DNA from: Desulfomicrobium sp.
GTDB lineage: Bacteria; Desulfobacterota; Desulfovibrionia; Desulfovibrionales; Desulfomicrobiaceae
Direction of reading: 5' to 3'
Assembly (NCBI GenBank): GCA_040768745.1
Contig: JAXGMI010000002.1
Coordinates: 512,001 to 576,000, forward strand
Length of the DNA: 64,000 nucleotides
Part shown: one piece after another, positions 20,226-30,207 of the stretch
Layout of the letters: the number at the start of each line of letters is the position of its first letter
Position numbering within the stretch: the first letter of the stretch is position 1
The notes under the pieces: model-generated
What the model saw: the letters and a program-made list of their open reading frames with translations, nothing else
The model's database searches: none
What the model was told of the DNA's origin: nothing
Program-made: the position numbers and the translations under genes

Positions 20226-21113
20226 CTAGTTTGTTCGATCCAAGATATAAAGGGCGATGGCCTTCAGAAACCCAACGCGAGGGTGGGCGAATCCCCCCAG
20301 GGAGTCCACCGCCTGCTCCACGCTCTCCCGGGCCAGAGCCCTGCTCGCCTCGATGCCCAGAAGCGCGGGGTAGGTGGATTTGCCCTGGGCTTCGTCGCTG
20401 CCCACCGGCTTGCCCAGGGCCTTCTCGTCCCCGACCACGTCCAGAATATCGTCCGTGACCTGGAAAGCCAGTCCGATGGCCCGACCGTATTCCGAAGCCC
20501 TGACCTGCACCTCGGCGCCCCCTCCCCCCAAGATGGCTCCCGTGACGCAGGACGATTCGATGAGGGCGCCGGTCTTCTGGGCATGCATCTCCCGCAATTG
20601 GGGCAGGCTTGCAACTTTCCCGGTCAGTCCCATGTCCAGGACCTGTCCGCCGACCATGCCGCGCGGTCCGGCTGCCGTGGAAAGATGTCTGATGGCCTGC
20701 AGCACCCGGTCAGGCGGCATTGCCAGTGACGAAGCCAGGGTGAAGGCTTCCGTCAGGAGGCCGTCGCCGGCCAGGATGGCCGTGGCCTCGTCGAACTGTT
20801 TGTGGTTGGAAGGCTTGCCCCGGCGCAAGTCGTCGTTGTCCATGGCCGGCAGGTCGTCATGGATCAGGGAATAGGTGTGGATGCACTCGATGGCGCAGGC
20901 AAAATCAAGGACCTCCCCCACTTCTCCACCAGCCAGATCGGCCCAGGCCAGAAATAAAACCGGACGCAATCGCTTCCCGCCTGCCAGAAGGGAATATTGC
21001 ATGGAGGCAACCAGTGGCCCCGGCGCAAGTCTGTCACCGAAAACCGAACCAAGCCGGCCCTCCACGCGTCCGGCCAGGACGCGGAGCTCGGCCTTCATTT
21101 CCTGAGGGGTCAT
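20226..21113 (-). CDS. ispA: Farnesyl-diphosphate synthase / polyprenyl synthetase
   Basis: [41 protein letters not shown]. Confidence 0.95.
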   Translation of the reverse strand: MTPQEMKAELRVLAGRVEGRLGSVFGDRLAPGPLVASMQYSLLAGGKRLRPVLFLAWADLAGGEVGEVLDFACAIECIHTYSLIHDDLPAMDNDDLRRGKPSNHKQFDEATAILAGDGLLTEAFTLASSLAMPPDRVLQAIRHLSTAAGPRGMVGGQVLDMGLTGKVASLPQLREMHAQKTGALIESSCVTGAILGGGGAEVQVRASEYGRAIGLAFQVTDDILDVVGDEKALGKPVGSDEAQGKSTYPALLGIEASRALARESVEQAVDSLGGFAHPRVGFLKAIALYILDRTN

Positions 21114-21331
21114 GATTCCTCCTTGCCGGCTGGCCCATTCTCCCTCTGGGTGGCCGTCTCGACGATGATCCGGGCCTGCTCCAGTTCGATCCCGCATTCC
21201 TTGGACAGGCGTACGCCCTCCTGAAAGAGCTTGACCCCCTGCTCCAGGGGCAGGTCCCCAGTCTCAAGCAGGGACACGATCTCCCTGATCCGTTCCAGTC
21301 GCTTCTCGAATGTCTGCTGTGTCTTTGCCAT
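21110..21331 (-). CDS. xseB: Exodeoxyribonuclease VII small subunit
   Basis: TFEK.L..I..IV..LE.G.LPLE.....F.EG; xseB-ispA-dxs synteny. Confidence 0.93.
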   Translation of the reverse strand: MAKTQQTFEKRLERIREIVSLLETGDLPLEQGVKLFQEGVRLSKECGIELEQARIIVETATQRENGPAGKEES

Positions 21332-21342
21332 ATGCCGCCTTG

Positions 21343-22194
21343 TCAGTGACTCCAAACCTGAGAGAACAGCGGAGAAGGGTCCACCGAAAAATCCAGAATG
21401 CTCAGGCTGAAATGAAGGTGAGGGGCGGTGACCCGCCCGGTCTGGCCCGCCCGGCCGATCGTATCTCCCGCCTCGACCATGTCTCCTTCCCGGACCAGGA
21501 TCTCATCCAGATGCATGTACTGGGTATACACCCCCAGCCCATGGTCGATGAACACGCAGCGTCCGGCATAATAGTGTTCCGCCGCCAGCACAACCTGTCC
21601 TGCAGCGGCGGCTTGCACGGGATCGCCCATGGCCGCCCGCAGGTCCACGCCCCGGTGCGGGTTGCGGGGCTGGTCGTTGAAATAGCGCGTCAACCCATAC
21701 ACGCTCGTTATCTTGCCAGGCACCGGACGAATCAGGGGCAGGTCCAGGTGCTTGACGGGAGAAACTGTACCCAGGATCCTGCGCACCTCACTATTCTCCC
21801 GGTTGATGCGTTCCTGCACACTGGCCGGCGGGGTGACCATCTCCTCGGCCACGATCAGACGCTGGAGAGGAAAATCACGCTTTTCGATGAGAACGGACGA
21901 CTGCACTGCCAGAGGATTCAGGCCGAGCTTGATGACCCGCAATGTCTCGGTTCCGGGTTTCGACTTCAACACATCGGTGCCCAGCAGAAAAGTCAGTGTT
22001 TTCGCCCCATGAGCAGGAATCTCCATGGCTTTTGACGCCCATTCCACCTGCACCGCGCTCATAGGCTCGTCCGCATCGACTCGGACCTCGAAAGGCTGTC
22101 CAATGCCAATGACCTCCGGGCATTCCAGGCGCAGACTCGCCGCGTGCAACGGCAATACACAGAAAACTGCCAAAACAAGAAACATGCCTTTCAC
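21343..22194 (-). CDS. M23 family metallopeptidase
   Basis: HRGVD and HLHF zinc motifs, signal peptide; GTGA overlap with xseA. Confidence 0.9.
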   Translation of the reverse strand: MKGMFLVLAVFCVLPLHAASLRLECPEVIGIGQPFEVRVDADEPMSAVQVEWASKAMEIPAHGAKTLTFLLGTDVLKSKPGTETLRVIKLGLNPLAVQSSVLIEKRDFPLQRLIVAEEMVTPPASVQERINRENSEVRRILGTVSPVKHLDLPLIRPVPGKITSVYGLTRYFNDQPRNPHRGVDLRAAMGDPVQAAAAGQVVLAAEHYYAGRCVFIDHGLGVYTQYMHLDEILVREGDMVEAGDTIGRAGQTGRVTAPHLHFSLSILDFSVDPSPLFSQVWSH

Positions 22195-23558
22195 GATGTC
22201 ACCTCGGCGCCGAATTCTCCATCTGACACGTACACCCGAATCCCTTCCCCGGGACGAACGTCGGAACACACGCGGACAAAACGTCCGGCCTCGTTACGGA
22301 CCAGGGCATAGCCGCGGGCCAGGGGTGCTCCGGGATCCAGAGCGGCCAGGCGGCCTTGCAGGCCCCGCAGCAAATCCTCGCGATCACGCACAAAGGCAAC
22401 CCCGGCCAGCTCCAGGGCCGTGCTGAAGCGCCCCAGTTCCGCCTTCGAGACCATAATTCTGGCTGGCCCGAAACTTTTGTGCAGCCGTTCATCCAGCCTA
22501 GCCAAATCCAAGGCGCGGTTTTCGACACGATTCCGGGCGGACTGGCGCAGGCGGTCGCCAAGGCGCTCCAGTTCGAATCCAGCCCGTTCCAAGTGCCGGA
22601 TCGGAGAACTCCAGAAAAGCGCCTGGGCCTGGGCTGTCAAACAGGCCCCCTGCCCGGCCAGATAGCGGTCCATGCCCCGCGTCAGAGCCATGAGCATCTC
22701 GTCGGCCTGTTGCCTGAGCACCCCACGTTCAGTCCACAGGATCTGGGCAGCATGGGAGGGCGTTGCCGCCCGCTGGTCTGCCACCAGGTCGGCGATGGTC
22801 GTGTCGACCTCATGGCCCACGCCGGTCAGCACCGGCATGCGGGCCCGGGAGATGGCCTCGGCCACGGGCTCGGTATTGAACGCCCACAGGTCCTCCAGGG
22901 ATCCACCACCCCGGATGAGGACCACGATTTCGGCCCACCCGTCCATGTCCGCCCGGTCCAGGGCTGCCGCAATCTGGGCCGGGGCGCTCTCGCCCTGCAC
23001 CAGTGAAGGATAGATCCGCACCGTGGCCCCGAAGCCCCGGTCCGCGGCAATGCGCAAAAAATCCTGCAGGGCCGCGCCCTGGGGCGCGGTGACCACGGCC
23101 ACGCGACGTGGGTTGCGCGGCAGGGCCATCTTGCGGTCCTGGTCAAAATAGCCCTTGGCCTGGAGTTTGGCCTTCATGGCCTCGAAGGCTATGGCCAGCT
23201 CGCCCTGGCCCTGTCCCTGCACCAGCTCGGCCACGAGCTGGTAGGCCCCGCGCGGCGGGTACACGTTCATGCGCCCGGCCACAAGGACCTCCAATCCGTC
23301 AGAGAGCTGAAATGCCTCCCCGACCTCGCCGGTCAGGGGGTTGACGCACTCCCCCTCATCCTTTCCGGCCTTGGGCTGCGCCCCCTTGAACCACACGACG
23401 TTCAGGATCGCTTCCTCGTCCTTGAGCGAGAAGTAGACATGCCCGGAAGGCGGCTTGGAAAGGTTCGAAATCTGGCCCCGCACCCAGACGAACGGGAATT
23501 CGCCCTCGAGGACGTCCTTGACAGCCTGGGTCAGGGTACGGACGGTGAAGATGTGCAT
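22191..23558 (-). CDS. xseA: Exodeoxyribonuclease VII large subunit
   Basis: SGHVYFSLKD, RGGGSLEDLWAFN.E, GVGHEVD, TPS.AA, L.RGY. Confidence 0.95.
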   Translation of the reverse strand: MHIFTVRTLTQAVKDVLEGEFPFVWVRGQISNLSKPPSGHVYFSLKDEEAILNVVWFKGAQPKAGKDEGECVNPLTGEVGEAFQLSDGLEVLVAGRMNVYPPRGAYQLVAELVQGQGQGELAIAFEAMKAKLQAKGYFDQDRKMALPRNPRRVAVVTAPQGAALQDFLRIAADRGFGATVRIYPSLVQGESAPAQIAAALDRADMDGWAEIVVLIRGGGSLEDLWAFNTEPVAEAISRARMPVLTGVGHEVDTTIADLVADQRAATPSHAAQILWTERGVLRQQADEMLMALTRGMDRYLAGQGACLTAQAQALFWSSPIRHLERAGFELERLGDRLRQSARNRVENRALDLARLDERLHKSFGPARIMVSKAELGRFSTALELAGVAFVRDREDLLRGLQGRLAALDPGAPLARGYALVRNEAGRFVRVCSDVRPGEGIRVYVSDGEFGAEVTS

Positions 23559-23565
23559 AAAACGC

Positions 23566-25308
23566 TTACACCAACCCCCACTCCTTCATCACTTCCCTGC
23601 GCCATTCCAGAACGGCGTTTTGCCAATCGGCCACCGGTAGTTCCCGCTTTTCGCCGGTCCTGCGGTTCTTGACCTCCAGCACGCCCTTTTCCAGGCCCTT
23701 GCCGCCGATGACGATCTGCATGGGGGAGCCCAGCAGGTCCGCCTCGTTGAACTTGACGCCGGGGCGCTCGTCGCGGTCGTCGAACAGGGTATCGATACCC
23801 TGAGCTTCCAGCCAGTCATGGATTTCCCGGCACTGGGCCATGACCTTCTCGTCCTTGGTGGACATGGCCAGGATCGTGACCTCGAAGGGGGCGATGGACG
23901 GCGGGAATATCATGCCGGCCGCGTCGTTGTTCTGCTCGATGCAGGCGGCCACCACGCGGCTGACGCCGATGCCGTAGCAGCCCATGATGATGACCTGCTC
24001 CTTGCCGGTTTCATCCAGGAAGGTCGCGTTCATGGCCTTGGAGTACTTGGTGCCGAGCTTGAAGACATGGCCGACTTCGATCCCCTCGGGCATGGTGATG
24101 GCCGCCCCGCAGGCCGGGCAGGGGTCGTCCAGGGTGATGGAACGCAGGTCCGCGTAACCCGTGGGCGCGGCGTCCGTGGACAGGGTGATGTCCCGGCGCG
24201 GGTCGACATGGATCAGGTGCGCGTCGGCCGCATTGGCCCCGCACACAAAATCCGTGGCCGAGGCGATCTCGAAATCGGCATAGATGGCATCGACCGTCAG
24301 GCCGACGGGTCCTGCAAAGCCGACCGGCGCACCGGTCCACTGCGTGACCTGCTCAGGTGTGGCCAGTTCCACATTGGTCGCGTGCAGGAGATTCTTGAGC
24401 TTCACGTCGTTCACCTCGCGGTCCCCGCGCAGGAGCACTGCCACGGATCTCCCGTCCGCATCAAACAGGAGCGTCTTCATGATCTGACTGGCTGGCACGG
24501 CAAGAAATCCGGCCACCTCTTCCACGGTGTGCTTGCCCGGAGTGGCCACCCGCTCGTACGCATCGCAGGTTGCGGTGCACATTGCGCCAGGCCTGATCTC
24601 GGCTTTTTCCAGATTGGCGGCATAGGAGCAGGCCGTGCATACGGCCAGGGTGTCCTCCCCGGTCTCGGCCAGAACCATGAACTCGTGGGAAAAGCTGCCG
24701 CCGATGGCCCCGGAGTCGGCGCTGACAGCCCGGAATTTCAGGCCCAGCCGGGTAAAGATGCGGGTGTAGGTGTCGTACATGGCCTGGTAGCTTTCGTTCG
24801 CCCCTTCCTCGTCCTTGTCGAAGGAATAGGCGTCCTTCATGATGAACTCCCGGCCACGCATGAGTCCGAAGCGCGGCCGGATCTCGTCCCGGAACTTGGT
24901 CTGGATCTGGTACAGGTTGATGGGCAGCTGACGGTAGGAGCGGACCTCCCCGCGGATGAGGTCGGTCACGACTTCCTCGTGCGTGGGTCCGAGACAGTAG
25001 TCGCGACCGTGGCGGTCATTCAGGCGCAGGAGCTCCTTGCCGTAGAATTCCCAGCGCCCGCTCTCCTGCCACAGGTCGGCCGGCTGAACCATGGGCATGG
25101 AGATTTCCTGGGCCCCGGCCCGGTCCATCTCCTCGCGCACGATGTTCGCGACCTTGTTGATGGCCCTCAGCCCCAGCGGCATGTAGGTGTAGATGCCGGA
25201 GGTCAGCTTGCGGATCATGCCCGCACGCAGCAGCAGCTTGTGGCTGACGACCTCGGCCTCTGCCGGAGTTTCCTTCAAGGTGGGCACGTAGAACTTGCTG
25301 AACAGCAT
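23566..25308 (-). CDS. proS: Proline--tRNA ligase (with editing domain)
   Basis: [42 protein letters not shown]. Confidence 0.98.
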   Translation of the reverse strand: MLFSKFYVPTLKETPAEAEVVSHKLLLRAGMIRKLTSGIYTYMPLGLRAINKVANIVREEMDRAGAQEISMPMVQPADLWQESGRWEFYGKELLRLNDRHGRDYCLGPTHEEVVTDLIRGEVRSYRQLPINLYQIQTKFRDEIRPRFGLMRGREFIMKDAYSFDKDEEGANESYQAMYDTYTRIFTRLGLKFRAVSADSGAIGGSFSHEFMVLAETGEDTLAVCTACSYAANLEKAEIRPGAMCTATCDAYERVATPGKHTVEEVAGFLAVPASQIMKTLLFDADGRSVAVLLRGDREVNDVKLKNLLHATNVELATPEQVTQWTGAPVGFAGPVGLTVDAIYADFEIASATDFVCGANAADAHLIHVDPRRDITLSTDAAPTGYADLRSITLDDPCPACGAAITMPEGIEVGHVFKLGTKYSKAMNATFLDETGKEQVIIMGCYGIGVSRVVAACIEQNNDAAGMIFPPSIAPFEVTILAMSTKDEKVMAQCREIHDWLEAQGIDTLFDDRDERPGVKFNEADLLGSPMQIVIGGKGLEKGVLEVKNRRTGEKRELPVADWQNAVLEWRREVMKEWGLV

Positions 25309-25333
25309 GGGACATCTCCTCGATATGAAACTG

Positions 25334-25363
25334 AATGTATTTGTTTAAGAAAATACGATGCAA
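25334..25363 (-). promoter_or_regulatory. Candidate internal sigma70 promoter for proS
   Basis: TTGCAT-N18-TACATT in an AT-rich patch. Confidence 0.5.
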
Positions 25364-25410
25364 CCTGGAAGCCGCGCCAAAAGGTCCCATGGACGAACCG
25401 GCCTGGGAGG

Positions 25411-26490
25411 TTAGCCGGCCGCGGCCTGCGCCGCCAGCCTTTCGGCCAGTTCCAGCAGCTCGGCCCCCCGTTCGAGGCCGTCCACGAAGCGCCACGGGAT
25501 GCCGGAAAGCCCTGTCTGGGCGCCGGCCAAGGCCCCCGTCAGCATGGTCCTGGCCTGGTTCTGTCCGCCTCCGTTCACGGCATGGAGAACGGCCGACTCA
25601 AAGTCGTCTTTGAACCGTGCGGCCAGATAGTAGGCGGCCGGAAGCTGGTGGTAGATGGCGCAGGGCATGCCATAGACCAGGGAGACCTTCCAGGCCGGCT
25701 CGATGCGCACGTCAGGGTCGCCGGCGGCCGCGGCCATGTAGGCCGGCGAAAGGAGTGCGTCGGGGGAGGCGAAGCGGCCGGCTCGCGGCGGGTCCGGGTC
25801 GCCAGGACGCGGGGGCTGGAGGTTGTCGCTGGTCACGGCGTGGAAGGGGAGCTCCCCCGTCTTGACCAGCTTCATGAGCCGGCCGGAAATGTTCGTGTCC
25901 AGCAGATGCCCCTGCACCAGCTGCCCCAGCACTGCTCCGTAGGCCAAGGTCAGGGACAGGATGAGGTCGTCGGCCTGGGTCAGGGCGGCGTTTTCGGCCA
26001 CGGCCGTGGCCAGCTTCGCAGGCTCCAGGGCGTAGCGCACGGCAATGGCCAGGGTCCGCTCGACGGCCTCGGTGGTGTCTGCCCGCCCGGCTGTCTTGCC
26101 CCAGGGCAGGCGCTGCCGCACACGACGCTGCCAAGCCTCGCGAATGGACTGGCTGGTGTAGTTCCCGGGTCCGCAGAAAGGCGTCCCGTCCAGCAGGGGA
26201 AAAAGCTCTTCGTCCATGCGCTGGCAGAAATCCTGCTCATCATACCCCCCGCGTTCCAACAGCGACCAGAGGGTCAGCTCAAGAATGAAACCTGGCTGGG
26301 ACTGTTGCCCTGCCCGCAATCCCTCGTGATAGCGACCGGGCCTGGGCGCAGTGTAGCCTGTGATCCAATCCCCATAGTCGCGGCGCAGGGCATCCAGGTC
26401 ATAGTACCAGTGGGGTCCCACGCCCAGGGCCTCCCCGATGAAGGCCCCCATGATCGCCCCCACGGCGCGGTCTTGAAAATCTTTCGCCAC
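25411..26490 (-). CDS. ADP-ribosylglycohydrolase-family protein with atypical active site
   Basis: DRA.GA..G..IGEALG...HWYY N-terminus; F..AV..AVN.GG....R...GAL.GA..G...IP C-terminus; AGGAG RBS before GTG 26490. Confidence 0.85.
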   Translation of the reverse strand: MAKDFQDRAVGAIMGAFIGEALGVGPHWYYDLDALRRDYGDWITGYTAPRPGRYHEGLRAGQQSQPGFILELTLWSLLERGGYDEQDFCQRMDEELFPLLDGTPFCGPGNYTSQSIREAWQRRVRQRLPWGKTAGRADTTEAVERTLAIAVRYALEPAKLATAVAENAALTQADDLILSLTLAYGAVLGQLVQGHLLDTNISGRLMKLVKTGELPFHAVTSDNLQPPRPGDPDPPRAGRFASPDALLSPAYMAAAAGDPDVRIEPAWKVSLVYGMPCAIYHQLPAAYYLAARFKDDFESAVLHAVNGGGQNQARTMLTGALAGAQTGLSGIPWRFVDGLERGAELLELAERLAAQAAAG

Positions 26491-26502
26491 GGACACTCCT
26501 GT

Positions 26503-27654
26503 TCAACGCACAATAAATTTCCCCACTCCATCAGATGCTGCGCAGTTTTCAACAGCCTTCACGCGACGCTCGTCCAGAAACAGTTCCAGCTCCTCCATGA
26601 AGGCGGGCAAGAGTTCGCTGCGGCCCTTGACCTTGCGCACCACCTCGCCCCTGCGGAAGACGAGACCGGAATCCCGGCCGCCGGCCACTCCGATGTCCGC
26701 CTCGCGGGCCTCACCCGGACCGTTGACCACGCAGCCCATGACGGCCACGGTGAAAACCTCCTCCACCCCGCGCAACCTGTCCTCCACGGCTGCAGCCAAT
26801 TCCATGAGTCCGATCTCGGTCCGGCCGCAGGTCGGACAGGACACGATCTCCGGACCTCTGACCCGCAGGCCCAGGGCGCGCAGGATCTCCCAGGCCACCA
26901 GCATCTCCTCCACCGGATCGGCGGTGAGGGACACGCGCAGGGTGTCGCCGATTCCCTCGGCCAGCAGGATACCGAGCCCCACGGACGACTTGACCGCCCC
27001 GCGCATGGCCGTTCCGGCCTCGGTCACACCGATGTGCAGGGGATACTCCACAGCCTTGGACATGAGCCGGTAGGCGGCGATGGTTTTCAGGACACTCGAC
27101 GACTTGAGGGAAATCTTGATGTCGCGGAAGCCGCGTTCCTCCAGCAGGCGCACGTGCTCCATGGCGCTCTCGACCATGGCCTCCGGGGTCGGGCCTCCGT
27201 ATTTGCGCAGGAGATCTTTGTCCACAGACCCGCTGTTGACGCCAATGCGGATGGGCACGCCGGCGGCCCGGGCCGCATTCACCACCCGGTCCACCTTGTC
27301 CGGACCACCGATGTTGCCGGGATTGATGCGCAGACCTTTTACGCCCGCCTCCACGGCGAGCACCGCCAGACGGGAATCAAAATGGATGTCCGCGATAATC
27401 GGCAGGGCGGTGGCCGTGCAGATCCGCTTCAATGCCAGGGCCGCGTCCAAATCGAGCACGGCCAGCCGCACGATCTCACACCCGACCGAAGCCAGGGCCT
27501 GAATCTGGGCCAGGGTGGCGTCCACATCGCGCGTATCTGTGTTGGTCATGGACTGGACACGGATGGGGTTGTCCCCGCCGATGCCCACTCCTCCGACGGA
27601 GATGATGCTGGTTTTTCTGCGTTGGATGCGCATTGGAGTTTCGAACTGCGTCAT
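26503..27654 (-). CDS. ispG: HMBPP synthase
   Basis: VQSMTNT, ADIHF, RINPGNIG, GIGDTLRVSLT, SCPTCGR, MGCVVNGPGEA. Confidence 0.97.
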   Translation of the reverse strand: MTQFETPMRIQRRKTSIISVGGVGIGGDNPIRVQSMTNTDTRDVDATLAQIQALASVGCEIVRLAVLDLDAALALKRICTATALPIIADIHFDSRLAVLAVEAGVKGLRINPGNIGGPDKVDRVVNAARAAGVPIRIGVNSGSVDKDLLRKYGGPTPEAMVESAMEHVRLLEERGFRDIKISLKSSSVLKTIAAYRLMSKAVEYPLHIGVTEAGTAMRGAVKSSVGLGILLAEGIGDTLRVSLTADPVEEMLVAWEILRALGLRVRGPEIVSCPTCGRTEIGLMELAAAVEDRLRGVEEVFTVAVMGCVVNGPGEAREADIGVAGGRDSGLVFRRGEVVRKVKGRSELLPAFMEELELFLDERRVKAVENCAASDGVGKFIVR

Positions 27655-27720
27655 GACTACCAAGCCTACTGAATTTGATCATCAAAGCCAAGGACAAGGC
27701 AAAATGGGAACGAGGAACGA

Positions 27721-28401
27721 TCAAAAATATCCCAGGCTGTGCAGGTGATCCATCTGCACCTCCTTCCGCCCATCCCGCCCAGAGCGTTCGCCGTGACCCG
27801 ATCGACTGGTGCAGGGGATGCAGCCCAGGGAGCGGTAGCCCCGGTCGTAGAGCACACACCATGGGATGTTTTCGCGCACCAGGAACGTCCAGATGTCCAG
27901 CTCCGTCCATTCCAGAAGAGGTGCCGCCCTGAGATGCCCTCCATGATCCTCCAGCCACGGACGCTTGGCCCGATCAGGGTTTTCATCGGCGCGCACCCCG
28001 GTCAGAAGCGCGGTGGTTCCCAGGTTCACGATGGCTTCATTGAGAGGGGCTATCTTCAAGTCCCGGCAGCATTGCAGCGGGTCCACGGCCAGGGGGTAGT
28101 GGGCCAGATCCTGCCTGGGATGAACGATATGCAGCGCAATATCCCATTCACGGGCTAAACGGTCGCGAAAATCCAGCACCTCTGGAAACTTGCAGCCCGT
28201 ATCGAGATTGATGGCCTGAACAGACCGCCCCGGGTCCTGCCGGCGCAAGACATTCCGCCACAGGGCGAGCACCGTGGTGGAGTCCTTGCCCCCGGTCCAT
28301 CCTACAGCCACTGCCGGGCCAAAGCGTGTCAGCACCTCGGCCATCCGGTTCATGGCCAGACTGACTTTGTCCGCGAGAGTCATCCGCATACCACCCTGCA
28401 T
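27721..28401 (-). CDS. PAPS/APS-reductase-family protein
   Basis: TGGKDS PP-loop, DTG.KF, CC..LK, G.R.DE, GYRSLGCIPCT; AGGAGG RBS. Confidence 0.85.
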   Translation of the reverse strand: MQGGMRMTLADKVSLAMNRMAEVLTRFGPAVAVGWTGGKDSTTVLALWRNVLRRQDPGRSVQAINLDTGCKFPEVLDFRDRLAREWDIALHIVHPRQDLAHYPLAVDPLQCCRDLKIAPLNEAIVNLGTTALLTGVRADENPDRAKRPWLEDHGGHLRAAPLLEWTELDIWTFLVRENIPWCVLYDRGYRSLGCIPCTSRSGHGERSGRDGRKEVQMDHLHSLGYF

Positions 28402-28901
28402 CAACCTCCTGAAACATCCTGCACGCCGGTACGAGGGCATACGCACGAGCTGCAGGGAGTGCAAGCCTGCTCCAGAATCCGCACAATCGCCAGAGGTGAC
28501 CGAGAGAGTGTCGCTCAGAGACAGGCCCAGTGTGAACCTCATTTCAAACGCAAAGGACATTGGCGGACTGAAAACGACCTTTCACCGTTTGCCAATGTAC
28601 GAAAGCCGCTTGTCGCAGGGCTCCTGGATTCATCACCTGCTTCTGGTGTATCCATCTGCAAGTAAGTCCAGGCCGCGCAACCCGCTCTTTTTTGCCCATG
28701 CCCTTGACGCTGAGCAACGCACAATCGACGCACCGGAAGAAATGCGCCACGCGGCGGCTGACCATGCACTGCACCTTGCAGGCAGGTGCATCGTCGCCGG
28801 GTGAAGGGCCAGCCCGCCAGACTGCAGAGCAGAAGAATTTGACGGAGATCAAGGCAGGAACAAATTTCCAACAGCACTCCGAGATTCCAAAGGAGATCAA
28901 C

Positions 28902-30119
28902 ATGACATCGACAAACAAGGGGTGGAGAGTGACTTTCGCCGGTCTGGGCATCAACCTTGCCCTGGGTGTTCTCTATGCCTGGAGCATCTTCAAAGGGGAA
29001 ATCACCTCCTCCATCGGGGCAGGGGGGCCTTTCACCTGGGATCCTTCTGCGGCCAATGACCCCTACGCCTTGTGCTGTCTTGTCTTTTCATTTTCCATGA
29101 TCCTGGCCGGCAAGGTCCAGGACAGATTTGGTCCGCGCCTGACAGCCATGATCGGAGGGGTGCTCGTCGGTTCAGGCATGGTTTGGGCGTCCTTGAGCAC
29201 CGCATATTTCAGCTGGCTGCTTGGATTCGGCGTGCTGGCAGGAATGGGCATGGGCTTTGGCTACGCCGCGGCCACGCCTCCGGCCCTGAAATGGTTCCCC
29301 GCCTCAAAAACAGGGCTTGTGGCCGGAATTGTGGTGGCCGGATTCGGACTTGCTCCGGTGTATATCGCGCCCCTGGCCACCTGGCTCATTGCAGGCTGGG
29401 GTTTGGCCGGAGCGATGAAATTTCTGGGCATGGCCTTTATCATTGTTGTCGGGGGACTGGCCATCCTGCTGGTCAATCCGCCTGCCGGATACATCCCCGC
29501 CAACCCGGCCGCATCATCGGCCACAAAGGCCCCTCTCCCTGGCCCTTCAGGCTCCATCCTGATCCAGGGCCGTTTCTGGGTGCTGTGGATCACCTATTTC
29601 ATCGCCGCCGGGGCCGGACTCATGGTCATCGGATCGGTAGCCGAGATGGCCAAGAAAAGTATGGGTGAATACGCCTTCGTGGTAGTGGCGTGCATGGCCG
29701 TGGGCAACGCTGGAGGCCGGATTGTAGCCGGTCTCATCTCCGACCGGATCGGCCGCAAGGCCACCTTGGCCATCATGCTCGGGTGCCAGGCCCTGCTCAT
29801 GTTCCTGGGCATGAGCCTGATCGGGGCCGATGTCAGCGCCTTGCTTCTCGTTCTTTTGGCAACAGGCATCGGATTCAACTACGGCACCAACCTGTCCCTT
29901 TTCCCATCTTTCACCAAGGATCTGTGGGGATTGAGGAGTTTCGGCACCAACTACGGACTGCTGTTCACCGCCTGGGGTGTGGGTGGCTTCGCCTTGAGCC
30001 GGATATCCCAAATGCTGCAGACCAGTACCGGAACGTTCGCAGCATCCTTTCTGACTGCCGGAATCCTGCTCCTGGGAGGGCTCGTCCTCACAGTTTTCGG
30101 ACTGGCCAGAAAAACATGA
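28902..30119 (+). CDS. OFA (oxalate/formate antiporter)-family MFS transporter
   Basis: G..YAWS, G..QDRFGPR, KWFP..TG, NA.GR...G..SDRIGR, G.NYG; about 12 TM. Confidence 0.9.
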   Translation: MTSTNKGWRVTFAGLGINLALGVLYAWSIFKGEITSSIGAGGPFTWDPSAANDPYALCCLVFSFSMILAGKVQDRFGPRLTAMIGGVLVGSGMVWASLSTAYFSWLLGFGVLAGMGMGFGYAAATPPALKWFPASKTGLVAGIVVAGFGLAPVYIAPLATWLIAGWGLAGAMKFLGMAFIIVVGGLAILLVNPPAGYIPANPAASSATKAPLPGPSGSILIQGRFWVLWITYFIAAGAGLMVIGSVAEMAKKSMGEYAFVVVACMAVGNAGGRIVAGLISDRIGRKATLAIMLGCQALLMFLGMSLIGADVSALLLVLLATGIGFNYGTNLSLFPSFTKDLWGLRSFGTNYGLLFTAWGVGGFALSRISQMLQTSTGTFAASFLTAGILLLGGLVLTVFGLARKT

Positions 30120-30207
30120 ACATGGCCCACTCCGTCAGGGCAGACTCTGCGGAGCCGTTCCACGGCCCCTCGCCATTCACCGGCAAGTTCCCTGTTTTTG
30201 AAAAAGG

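Noticed and set aside
23818..27672. 1284-aa plus-strand ORF
   Set aside because: Antisense shadow of proS, the ARH gene and ispG, caused by high GC3; no recognisable motifs. The same applies to 49921-51933, 52338-53918 and 54173-56125.
28402..28901. Glycine or other riboswitch in the 500-bp gap before the OFA transporter
   Set aside because: Only scattered GGAGA/GAAG words and one short hairpin, with no convincing aptamer order; an Rfam search would be needed.
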